DNA of 64,000 nucleotides. Origin: an uncultured delta proteobacterium. GTDB taxonomy: Bacteria > Bdellovibrionota > FAC87 > UBA2466. The translations under genes and the position numbers were made by a program. The stretch lies in assembly GCA_963778115.1 (NCBI GenBank), contig CAVZSV010000004.1:2528001-2592000 (forward strand). Reading direction: 5' to 3'. The notes under the pieces are model-generated. The model made no database searches and was not told the origin of the DNA. It saw only the letters and a program-made list of their open reading frames with translations. Below, piece after piece: positions 50,546-59,327 of the stretch (position 1 is its first letter; every line of letters begins with the position of its first letter).

Positions 50546-51247
50546 TTAGAAACTATTCATCCTGTTGACTCGAGTAGCACAATTACCCTGCCAGTACTGA
50601 GTTCGGGCGCGATTTTCAGCGATAAACGTAGCGATGCTTCCGGTTGCGGGAATAGGCGGTAGATTGGCTTGAGTGCCTCGAAAGATTTGGTTGAGCACCG
50701 TTACACTGTTGTACCCTCTACCGTCGGGTATGAGTTGATAGACACCTAAAAGCTTAAGATTTTCTATGTTGTGAAGGATGGTAGCGAGTTCTTTGGCGGA
50801 AACTTTAATATCGATGGAAAAGGTCGGCATTACTTCACTTTCGATTCCGGCCTCCGCCCACTTCTCGTCGTCGAGAAACAATCCGCGAACCGCGTTAAAC
50901 CTTCCCGCGGAATTTTTCCTCGCTAGGAAGTCCAGAGTGTCGCTTAGTGATATCTCAGGACGATGCATGGGTTGCCACCCCAAGATGGTAGACCCCTTCC
51001 ACGAATCAGAGGGAATTTCGATGGCAAGATGGCCGGTGAGTTCTAACATCTTTAGCGATTCATCGTGATCGTGCCATTGCTGTTCATACTCATCGCGATC
51101 TTGGGGGCTTAAATCAAAAAATTTAGAGCGAAAAAGAACTCTAACAGGGGCTGTCACGCAAATATTTGTCGCAAAAATGCAGAGAACAGCGACAAATAGG
51201 ATAGCGGTTTTTCGTGACATCGCGGGAAGATATTTCATAGTCTTCAT
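50546..51247 (-). CDS. hypothetical secreted protein
   Basis: Signal-like N-terminus; no family recognised. Confidence 0.65.
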   Translation of the reverse strand: MKTMKYLPAMSRKTAILFVAVLCIFATNICVTAPVRVLFRSKFFDLSPQDRDEYEQQWHDHDESLKMLELTGHLAIEIPSDSWKGSTILGWQPMHRPEISLSDTLDFLARKNSAGRFNAVRGLFLDDEKWAEAGIESEVMPTFSIDIKVSAKELATILHNIENLKLLGVYQLIPDGRGYNSVTVLNQIFRGTQANLPPIPATGSIATFIAENRARTQYWQGNCATRVNRMNSF

Positions 51248-51319
51248 TTTGAAACAAGCAAAATTTCTCCGATCAGGGGTACATTGAAATCAGCCCCTCC
51301 TTACGGTAAGAGTGGCTTG

Positions 51320-51784
51320 ATGAATGGGGCACAGGCACATCTTCTTTTGAACCATCTCCCAGTGATTATCCCTTTGGTTTCGGCTGGGATTATGGGGGTT
51401 GGTTTGGTCCTTAAATCGGCGACCCTTCAGAAAGTTGCTTTAAGTGTGTGGATAGCCGCTTCCTTAAGTGCCGTTCCCGCGTATCTCACAGGCGAGCCTG
51501 CGGAAAGTGTCGTTAAGAATTATCCCGTCGCTGACCGAAAGTTGATCCACCAACACGAAAGTGCGGCTAAAAAGGCTTTGATAGCGATAGAAGTTGCGGG
51601 AGTTGCAGCCATTGGGATTCTTTATTGGCTTTGCCGATCGCGAAAAGTTCCCCCTGTCGCCTGGGGATTACTGTGTTTTCTGTGTCTTGTGTCGCTTGGC
51701 CTTATGATGCAAGCGGCTCACCGAGGCGGGCTTATCTCGCATGAAGAGATCCGCTCTCACGAATTTGGGGTTCCTGGGTCCTAG
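51320..51784 (+). CDS. DUF2231-like four-TM membrane protein
   Basis: HLLLNHLP, TG, HE..A and AHRGG conserved-His pattern. Confidence 0.75.
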   Translation: MNGAQAHLLLNHLPVIIPLVSAGIMGVGLVLKSATLQKVALSVWIAASLSAVPAYLTGEPAESVVKNYPVADRKLIHQHESAAKKALIAIEVAGVAAIGILYWLCRSRKVPPVAWGLLCFLCLVSLGLMMQAAHRGGLISHEEIRSHEFGVPGS

Positions 51785-52109
51785 GGAATCTTTTTTTTTC
51801 TTCTCAATCGATAATTAAAATTTAATTTTTTGCTGGTCAGCTCCGTGTAACTAACCTCGAGATTAACGTAGTGGTATCAATTTAGGTTTCCTTACTCTGA
51901 AAAAAATTCCACTGGTATCCCAATGTCCCCTGACCTTAGCCTCAACTCCCTTGGCATAGATCGTGAAATGTAACTAACTGGGGACCGCTCTCCGCCTAGA
52001 AATTTTATTGTAAGATGGGAACTCCAATCGCACCATGAGTCAGTACCATCTCGGTTTTACCATTGCTCTCGAATGGGTCGGGGGCGCAAAAGTCCATAAG
52101 GAGGACCTC

Positions 52110-52526
52110 ATGAATCTCAAACTAAGTCTGTCGAGCCTGGCCATTGCCGGTTTGCTCGCCGGGGGAATACAAATCGCAAATGCAAGCACCAACTCGGTGC
52201 CTATGCAAGATCTCAAGCTCGTTTCCGAGCAAACCACTCCGACCACGTCGACCGAATTTTTCGGTCATCACGGCCACCACGGTCATCATGGCCACCACGG
52301 TCATCATGGACATCATGGTTTCACCGCGGATGCCAATGGTAGTGTTCCTGCCACGACGGTAGCCTTCGGTCACCACGGGCATCATGGCCACCACGGTCAT
52401 CATGGACACCACGGTCATCATGGACACCACGGTCATCATGGACACCACGGCCACCACGGTCATCATGGTTTCACCGCCAGTGACGCGAATGGTCAAATTC
52501 CATCTCCTACGGTGGCTTTGAACTAG
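52110..52526 (+). CDS. secreted His/Gly-rich repeat peptide, (GHH)6 and (GHH)11 cores; candidate precursor
   Basis: AAGGAGG RBS, signal peptide ending ANA, 138 aa with 34 His; duplicated follower GFTA(S)DANG..P..TVA. Confidence 0.88.
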   Translation: MNLKLSLSSLAIAGLLAGGIQIANASTNSVPMQDLKLVSEQTTPTTSTEFFGHHGHHGHHGHHGHHGHHGFTADANGSVPATTVAFGHHGHHGHHGHHGHHGHHGHHGHHGHHGHHGHHGFTASDANGQIPSPTVALN

Positions 52527-52562
52527 TTGAAAAGTTATCCTCCCTGGCCTTAATACATTAGT

Positions 52563-53915
52563 ATGGGGCCGGGGGGACGACATTCGGTAAGCAACGTGCG
52601 GTTGGGACATCTGAAATTTATTCTGCTTCTTATTTCCGCTTCGTTTGTGGTGGGGCACCTCATTGCCAGCCAAGTAAGTCGAAGCAGTCTCTCTTTGCCT
52701 CAGAAACTGGACACTTCCGCCAATCGTTGCCCTTTGAAGACTCCGCAGGATTGGCAAAATTTTTTGGAGTCAGCGTCAGATTCGCCCAAATGGGTAGCAA
52801 CCTGCGAAGATAGCACTTGCGATGCCTCTTTTTATCAACATGTAAAAGAGGATGTTCAGTCTATCTTTGAGAAGTGCGCCTCCTTTATCAGCTCACACCC
52901 TGAGATCGCCCGCTGTACTCTCAATCTGAAAAAGTTTACGCCGGCCTGGATGCGGCAACATGACTCTTATAGTTATGGTTTCACCATCGACAACGCTCTT
53001 TATCTCAAAGACCAAGACAATCCCCGTCGTCCGTCGGGGATGATGATCGTTCCGGATGCCATCGTAAAAGCGCTTCCTGATCGGAATAAAGTCGAAGAGG
53101 TGGCGCGACAAAATGGATGGCAATATCTCACTCATGATTCCGCTCTGAGCGGATCTAGGACTTTCGTTCTCATCAGAGATCCCAAAGGACGATTCGATAC
53201 GTGGATGCTTCTTAATCTCCAAGGAAGTGATGCGACTTTGACCGACAGCCAGCCTCTATCCGTTCTGGCAGTTCAGAAAGCAGATGTGAACGGTAAGCCA
53301 CTGGAGAAAGTTCAGTTACATTTTAGAGATTACACGCTAAAAAAATCGGATGAGGGGTATCGACTGGCCCTCTATACGGACAACAATGGAAAGTGTTACG
53401 GCTGTCATCCCAATGGAGTTCGCCAACTGATAGCACGTCGAACCCCCATTCTCTATAGTAAGCCGTCCCGAGGGGAAGAGGGCTTTAACGAATCGGGAGA
53501 GATTCCCGCGAATAGTGATTTTGCCTATAGGCGACTGATGGAATTTAACCGTCGGTTGCGATCCTACGGAAGCCCGGATTGGGAAGGTAAAATAGTTCCG
53601 GCCGATCATGGGCCAGCGCTGGGCGAAGCTCAAGGCTGCACGGAATGCCACAATGGAAGGATTCGCGCGAGCCTTAACCTTTCCACTAGCCATGTTCAGC
53701 TCGAACAAAAGGTGCTTAAAGAACTGACGATGCCCACTGACAATCAGTGGCCTCGTCTGCTAGAGAAGAGTCAGATGCGATCGGCAGAGATGACACCCGA
53801 AGATAGAGCGGCACTGGAACGGGCGTATGGCGATCATCGTGAGATACTTCAAGACTTTGAAGCCTCCCGCTTTCCTACTTTGAAAGCTTGGATGCTCGAA
53901 TCTCCCTGTAAGTGA
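52563..53915 (+). CDS. exported c-type cytochrome with two heme motifs
   Basis: CYGCH and CTECH motifs; N-terminal hydrophobic segment; extra Cys in the N-terminal domain. Confidence 0.75.
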   Translation: MGPGGRHSVSNVRLGHLKFILLLISASFVVGHLIASQVSRSSLSLPQKLDTSANRCPLKTPQDWQNFLESASDSPKWVATCEDSTCDASFYQHVKEDVQSIFEKCASFISSHPEIARCTLNLKKFTPAWMRQHDSYSYGFTIDNALYLKDQDNPRRPSGMMIVPDAIVKALPDRNKVEEVARQNGWQYLTHDSALSGSRTFVLIRDPKGRFDTWMLLNLQGSDATLTDSQPLSVLAVQKADVNGKPLEKVQLHFRDYTLKKSDEGYRLALYTDNNGKCYGCHPNGVRQLIARRTPILYSKPSRGEEGFNESGEIPANSDFAYRRLMEFNRRLRSYGSPDWEGKIVPADHGPALGEAQGCTECHNGRIRASLNLSTSHVQLEQKVLKELTMPTDNQWPRLLEKSQMRSAEMTPEDRAALERAYGDHREILQDFEASRFPTLKAWMLESPCK

Positions 53916-53936
53916 TTTCTTTACTGTGAGGAGTAT

Positions 53937-54467
53937 GTGAAAGAGTCACCTTGGACACCCAAAAAAAAATGCTTTTGGTTAGGGCTAGTCTCGCTTCATC
54001 TCGTGCTTGTGGTGCTCGGCGCTTACGATTTTGAGTGGGCCGATTACGGCCACGCAGGAAAATGGGTGGACTATTACACGGTCCTCTCCGGCGCTAACTC
54101 CGGTTACGGGTTTTTCGCGCCGGGGATTGGTTCGCAATTGCGCGCCCTTTTCGATATCGAAGAAAAATCGGGGCGCAAACATACCTTGGAACTTACTTCC
54201 ACCAAGAGTCACGAAGCGGAGATTCGAGTCGGTGACATCATCGAACAATTTTTAACCGAGGATGGCGAGAAGCCCGATCGAGATTTGCAAAGATCCATGG
54301 CGGCCTCGCTAGCGGGAACCATGTTTGCCCGTACTCCAGGAGCAAAGTCGGTAACCATTCGTTTAGAAGAATTCACTCCGGTTTCCCGCAACGACTACCT
54401 GAAAGGGGTTCGCCCGGAATGGATTCCCACCTATTCGGCGAAGTTCGAACGGAAAACGTATGACTGA
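53937..54467 (+). CDS. SdpA/DUF5819-like HTTM partner protein
   Basis: Single N-terminal TM with His, YGFFAP motif; directly upstream of and overlapping the HTTM gene. Confidence 0.6.
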   Translation: MKESPWTPKKKCFWLGLVSLHLVLVVLGAYDFEWADYGHAGKWVDYYTVLSGANSGYGFFAPGIGSQLRALFDIEEKSGRKHTLELTSTKSHEAEIRVGDIIEQFLTEDGEKPDRDLQRSMAASLAGTMFARTPGAKSVTIRLEEFTPVSRNDYLKGVRPEWIPTYSAKFERKTYD

Positions 54468-55410
54468 ATTTAAGACTTGGCCGAAAAGGGTGCAAAAGAG
54501 CGTCAAAGTCTGTTTGGACCGGTTCTTTTTCAGCCCGACCACCGCCGAACCCTTGGCGGCCCTGCGAATGGGTCTCTCTGCGGTTCTTTTAGTCCAAGCT
54601 TTTCTACTAAGACACTCGCTACCAGAATTTTTCGCTTCGGACGGCCTTGTACAAGGGGCTCTTGCTCGCTATCTGAGCGTTCCCTATAGTCCTCGAATTG
54701 ACTGGATAGTAACGTTACTTTCTCCGTTACGAGTTCCCGAGATGCCGATCGTCTATTTTGTCGGAATCGCTTACGTTGCGTCTTTAGTGGCATTGCTCTT
54801 GGGCTACCACACAAGATTTGCTGCGGTGGCGAGTTGGCTAATCCATTGGGTACTGATGAATACCGCTTATTCGACGTCTTACGGAGCCGACTCTTATGCG
54901 CATGTTTTTCTTTTTTATTTAATGTGGGTCCCCTGTGGTTGGGCATGGTCGATGGATGTTTGGCAAGAAAGAATTCATCCTCTCCCTTCAACGGGGGCTC
55001 GTTTGGGCCTTCGCGTTTTGCAGGTTCATTTGTGTGTTACTTATCTCATTAGCGCCATCGATAAAGCGCAGGGACCGCAATGGTGGAATGGTGAGCTTTT
55101 GTGGAGAGCAGTGAATCTTCCGGTCTATTACCAATATAACATGACTTGGTTGGCGAACTGGCCTGTGACGTCAAAAGTCTTGGGCTGGATGACTCTGGTT
55201 CTAGAAGGAGGCTATTTCATTTTCATCTGGCCGAAAAAGACGCGTCCGCTCTGGATAGCGGGCATCGTCGGACTTCATTTAGGGATCGTAATTTTTCTGG
55301 GACTTGGAATCTTTGGATTCTTAATGAGTGTGCTAACGGTTGCGGTGTTTGCGGTCAGTCCCCGCAAGGTTGACTTACCGGTTGCCGCGTTGCTTCGCTT
55401 CTCGCAATGA
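54460..55410 (+). CDS. HTTM-domain membrane protein (SdpB / vitamin K-dependent carboxylase-like)
   Basis: LAALR, LGYHTR, YGAD, WSMD, Y..SA..K..G..W..GE, E, LHLGI motifs. Confidence 0.85.
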   Translation: MTEFKTWPKRVQKSVKVCLDRFFFSPTTAEPLAALRMGLSAVLLVQAFLLRHSLPEFFASDGLVQGALARYLSVPYSPRIDWIVTLLSPLRVPEMPIVYFVGIAYVASLVALLLGYHTRFAAVASWLIHWVLMNTAYSTSYGADSYAHVFLFYLMWVPCGWAWSMDVWQERIHPLPSTGARLGLRVLQVHLCVTYLISAIDKAQGPQWWNGELLWRAVNLPVYYQYNMTWLANWPVTSKVLGWMTLVLEGGYFIFIWPKKTRPLWIAGIVGLHLGIVIFLGLGIFGFLMSVLTVAVFAVSPRKVDLPVAALLRFSQ

Positions 55411-56087
55411 CCCTTTCTTGCCGTAAAAAAGGATGCCTTCCCCATCTCAGTCAAGGCGTTCGCAGGACCCTTCGACTACTTCGCTACGAGTTTAAAATCC
55501 AAAGAATGCACCGGGCCTCCGTCAAGAAAACGCACGCACTGTATCACGGAAAGTCAGACCTTCGTCTTAATCTCGGTTGCGGCTCTCATCCGAAAGCCGG
55601 CTGGGTCAATATCGATCTTTCTCAGCAAGCCGATCTCAATCTTGATCTACGCGAATCCCTGCCTTTCGAAGACGGGTCGACTAGCTTTATTTATAGTGAG
55701 CATTTTTTTGAGCATTTAGAATACCCTCGTCAGACCACCTTTTTTCTAAAGGAATGCTTTCGAGTCTTAGCCCCTAATGGTCGGCTAAGCCTCGGAGTTC
55801 CGGATTCAGAATGGCCCATCAAAGCCTACTCGGAGGATTCCAAAGGCTATTTCGAATTGGCTCGGACGATATTTCATCCAAAATGGTGCAATACCAGAAT
55901 GCACCATCTTAATTTTCATTTTCGACAGGGCAATGAACATAAGTACGCCTACGATGAAGAGACGCTTATTCTGATACTTCGAAAGCAGGGCTTTCAGTCG
56001 GTTTCTCGACGAGAGTTTCTTTCAGAACTTGATTCCAGTTCCCGATCGGTGGGGACGTTATATGTGGAAGCGAAGAGACCTTGCTAG
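55407..56087 (+). CDS. class I SAM-dependent methyltransferase
   Basis: LNLGCG, LPF.DGS, SEHFFEH, RVLAPNG; ATGA overlap with the HTTM gene. Confidence 0.9.
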   Translation: MTLSCRKKGCLPHLSQGVRRTLRLLRYEFKIQRMHRASVKKTHALYHGKSDLRLNLGCGSHPKAGWVNIDLSQQADLNLDLRESLPFEDGSTSFIYSEHFFEHLEYPRQTTFFLKECFRVLAPNGRLSLGVPDSEWPIKAYSEDSKGYFELARTIFHPKWCNTRMHHLNFHFRQGNEHKYAYDEETLILILRKQGFQSVSRREFLSELDSSSRSVGTLYVEAKRPC

Positions 56088-56234
56088 AGCAAAATGCCAT
56101 GGAGAAGACAGGCTAATACTCGAAGGAACCCAGTGACTTACGGGCTTTCTCTTGAACCTTACGCACCCACCATATATAGTCCTGCCGCTTTATAACCTCA
56201 GGGAGTTACTGGGAAATTGCAGGAAAATACCATC

Positions 56235-57860
56235 ATGGAAACCTTCGCCGAACTCAATCTTAGCCCGCCGCTTGCCCAAGCTATTCTAGAGATGGGTTTT
56301 GTCACTCCAACACCCATACAGGCCCAAACGGTTCCTCTGTTACTAGAAGCTCCGACGGATTTTCTGGGAATGGCGGCCACCGGAACGGGAAAGACCGTAG
56401 CCTTTGGAATTCCGCTACTAGAGAGAATGTTGGACAAGACGCGGGAGATTCAAGCCGTCGTCCTGTGTCCGACGCGAGAGCTTGCGGTTCAAGTCGCGGC
56501 CGAACTGACTCTTTTAGGAAAATATAAAAAAATTGAGGCCAAAGCCATCTACGGCGGGGCGAGCTTTACTGAACAGAGAGTTAGTTTTACGCGCGGGGTG
56601 GGTATTATCGTCGCCACTCCGGGTAGGTTGGTCGATCACTTAAGCCAAGGGACCGTCTCCTTGGATAAAGTTAAGACTATCGTTCTCGATGAAGCGGATG
56701 AGATGATTTCGATGGGGTTTCAAGAAGAGTTGGAATTTGTTCTTAAACATATTCCCTCTCAGACCAGAAACACTTGGCTCTTTGCGGCTACGATGAACAG
56801 TCAATTACGACGAGTCGCGGATCAGTATCTGAAGAATCCGAAGACCGCTCAAGTAAATCGAAAAGAGATGCTCCCAGGCACCGTGAGGCAGGTCTATTAC
56901 ACGGTGAGAGAAAAAAACAAACCCAAGGGACTCTGTAAGCTAATCGACATGTGTGATGATTTTTACGGCATGATCTTTTGCCAGACCAAAGCGTTAGTCG
57001 TCGATCTAACCCAATACCTAAACGCAAGAGGGTATCGGGTAGATTGTCTTCATGGAGACAAGACGCAGTTTGAGAGGACCCGCACTTTTGATCTTTTTCG
57101 CAAGAAGCAAATCAATATCCTGGTCTGCTCCGACGTTGCCGCTCGGGGCTTAGATGTTAAAGAGCTGACCCACGTGATTAATTACTCGCTTCCTCTGGAC
57201 GCCGAAGCTTACATCCATCGTATTGGACGAACCGGTCGTAGTGGAAAGTCGGGACTTGCTCTGAGTCTTGTGGCTCCCTCCCAGATGAATCAGCTAGAGA
57301 GGATTGAGCGGGTCGTGAAGAGCAAGATGGAACTGGATACTTTTCCATCGAAGAAATTGGTCAGTACCAAGAAGATGGAAAGATTACTTCCTAAATTTGC
57401 CGAGGCCCTAGGACATGAAAAGGCACGCGAAGTCTTAGATGAAAAATGGAACACGACTCTTGAAGCGATGAGCAAAACCGATATCGCCGCCCGCTTTCTG
57501 GCACTCCAATTTCCAGATCTATTCGATGATAGCGAGAAAGCGGAGGAGATAGGGCTTGGGGAGGGGAGGGAGCGTCCTCAGCGCGAGCGTTTCGTGAAGC
57601 CTGAATATCGGGATTCCTATGGTGAAGGCCATGATGGCGACGAGCGACCTCGCCGTTCCCCAAGAAGAAATTTTGGTTCGTTCGCAAATGGCGCTCAAAG
57701 AGGCGAATCGAGGTTCGGTCGACGAAGCGGACCGCCCGAAAGGCGCTTTGAGGGTGGGCCCAAAGGGCCTCCAGGACCACGCGGTCCCCGAAAACCTTTC
57801 GGCAAACCGGGTAAATTTTCAAAAGGGCCGCCCAAACATCGAGATCAAAATCGATATTAA
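56235..57860 (+). CDS. DEAD-box RNA helicase (DeaD/CshA-like)
   Basis: Q motif, ATGTGKT, PTRELA, DEAD, HRIGRTGR; basic C-terminal tail. Confidence 0.96.
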   Translation: METFAELNLSPPLAQAILEMGFVTPTPIQAQTVPLLLEAPTDFLGMAATGTGKTVAFGIPLLERMLDKTREIQAVVLCPTRELAVQVAAELTLLGKYKKIEAKAIYGGASFTEQRVSFTRGVGIIVATPGRLVDHLSQGTVSLDKVKTIVLDEADEMISMGFQEELEFVLKHIPSQTRNTWLFAATMNSQLRRVADQYLKNPKTAQVNRKEMLPGTVRQVYYTVREKNKPKGLCKLIDMCDDFYGMIFCQTKALVVDLTQYLNARGYRVDCLHGDKTQFERTRTFDLFRKKQINILVCSDVAARGLDVKELTHVINYSLPLDAEAYIHRIGRTGRSGKSGLALSLVAPSQMNQLERIERVVKSKMELDTFPSKKLVSTKKMERLLPKFAEALGHEKAREVLDEKWNTTLEAMSKTDIAARFLALQFPDLFDDSEKAEEIGLGEGRERPQRERFVKPEYRDSYGEGHDGDERPRRSPRRNFGSFANGAQRGESRFGRRSGPPERRFEGGPKGPPGPRGPRKPFGKPGKFSKGPPKHRDQNRY

Positions 57861-57874
57861 TAAGGAGAGGGAAC

Positions 57875-59245
57875 TTGAGTCGTATCTTTAGTGCAGGCGC
57901 TTTTCTGATTGTTGTGGGTTTGGCCATTGGCTGCTCCAAGAGGGATTCTTCGTTGCAGATGGCCAGAGAGGAGATCTCCTCCCGATCTCCGGAAACGTGC
58001 GAACAGTTCATTGCTCGACTCCCTTCAAATTATACTTATAACTATGTCCATTCGGTCGAAGAGCCGGGGAATTTTGCAAGTCCTACCGTCAAAGTGTTCT
58101 TCTATTACCCCAAAGATCTGAAGGAAAATGTAACGCTATTTCTTAATGGAGGGCCTGGGGAGACTAGCCATGGCGGATTCCAAAATTTGGATCGAGCCCT
58201 GGTCCGATACGGCATTTCCGACAAAGTGAGCTTTGTTTTTATGGATCAAAGAGGGAATGGATGTTCCTCGGGCTATCCCGAAGAGGCTACGGATGAAAAG
58301 ATTTCTAAGCGCGCACGATGGTACGGATCGAGAGGAATTGTTTACGACGCCGAGCTTATTCGGCAGCAGTTCTTCGGAAATCGTAAATGGAACATTTTTG
58401 GCCAAAGCTTTGGCGCTTTCGTAGCCCACAGGTATTTGGTCAATTATTTGGGTTCTTTGGATCGCACTTTGGCTTACGCTAACGCCGTTACGGATGACCC
58501 TAAAGATCGGATGTATAACCGCGTGAAGTCCCAATTTCAGGTGTGGGATAGATACTTCGCTGCTTACCCTGAGGATAAAATCCGGGTTCGCGCATTGTTG
58601 GAGGGATTACCAAAAGAGCGGTGTCAAAAGCTTCCCAGCGGCAAGCAATTCTGTGGCACGGATCAGATTTCGGATCTAGTTGATTATGAATTGGGTTTTA
58701 CTCATGAATGGTCTTACCTTCACGATACTCTTAAGACTCTAGTTCCCCAGCAGATCGATGCGACTGCGTTAACGAACTACGTCATTCGTCAGGATTATCC
58801 GAGCCCCACTAATGCTCGGCGAGTGAGCCTTAAGACGATCAATTATTATGATAGGAACGTTTTGCCGCTGGATTATCCGCTTTGCCAAGAGATCTCAAAG
58901 AGGTTGAAGAAGGAAATTCCTTCTGTAGATTTTAGCAGTTATCTCACCGAGTGTTCACCAGCGATGCAGTTTCAAGACATAGATCATAAATTCGCGCAGA
59001 TACAAATTGATTTAAATCATCAACAAGACAAGCTAACCCTAAAAGATGTAGGGTCCGCTTTGAACCTAAGCCCTCACGGAAGGGTGTTTCTGTACTCTGG
59101 CGATCTCGATCCTTGGATTCCTCCGGTCCTATTTACCGAGGAAGTCGCGGAATTAGGCGGCCAGATTTTCTATCGCCCCTTAATAGGTGTCGGCCATGAA
59201 GGGTACTATACGGAACGGATCGTCTTCGAAGATTTAGTGAATTAG
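57875..59245 (+). CDS. alpha/beta hydrolase lipoprotein (S33 peptidase-like)
   Basis: Lipobox IGC, NGGPG, DQRG.G.S, GQSFG, GD.D, GH. Confidence 0.85.
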   Translation: MSRIFSAGAFLIVVGLAIGCSKRDSSLQMAREEISSRSPETCEQFIARLPSNYTYNYVHSVEEPGNFASPTVKVFFYYPKDLKENVTLFLNGGPGETSHGGFQNLDRALVRYGISDKVSFVFMDQRGNGCSSGYPEEATDEKISKRARWYGSRGIVYDAELIRQQFFGNRKWNIFGQSFGAFVAHRYLVNYLGSLDRTLAYANAVTDDPKDRMYNRVKSQFQVWDRYFAAYPEDKIRVRALLEGLPKERCQKLPSGKQFCGTDQISDLVDYELGFTHEWSYLHDTLKTLVPQQIDATALTNYVIRQDYPSPTNARRVSLKTINYYDRNVLPLDYPLCQEISKRLKKEIPSVDFSSYLTECSPAMQFQDIDHKFAQIQIDLNHQQDKLTLKDVGSALNLSPHGRVFLYSGDLDPWIPPVLFTEEVAELGGQIFYRPLIGVGHEGYYTERIVFEDLVN

Positions 59246-59327
59246 GAAAATCTGCTATCGCAAATTTTGTTTCTGGACGGCCATTCGGTTAAACTAATCC
59301 TTACCTAATCAAAGTTAAGGAGAACCC

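Noticed and set aside
52122..52757. Minus-strand MMTVV-repeat ORF
   Set aside because: It is the antisense shadow of the GHH repeats; the plus-strand gene has a strong RBS and signal peptide.
57875..59245. Peptidase as part of the His-peptide locus
   Set aside because: It is separated by an intergenic gap and the DEAD-box helicase, so there is no evidence of linkage.
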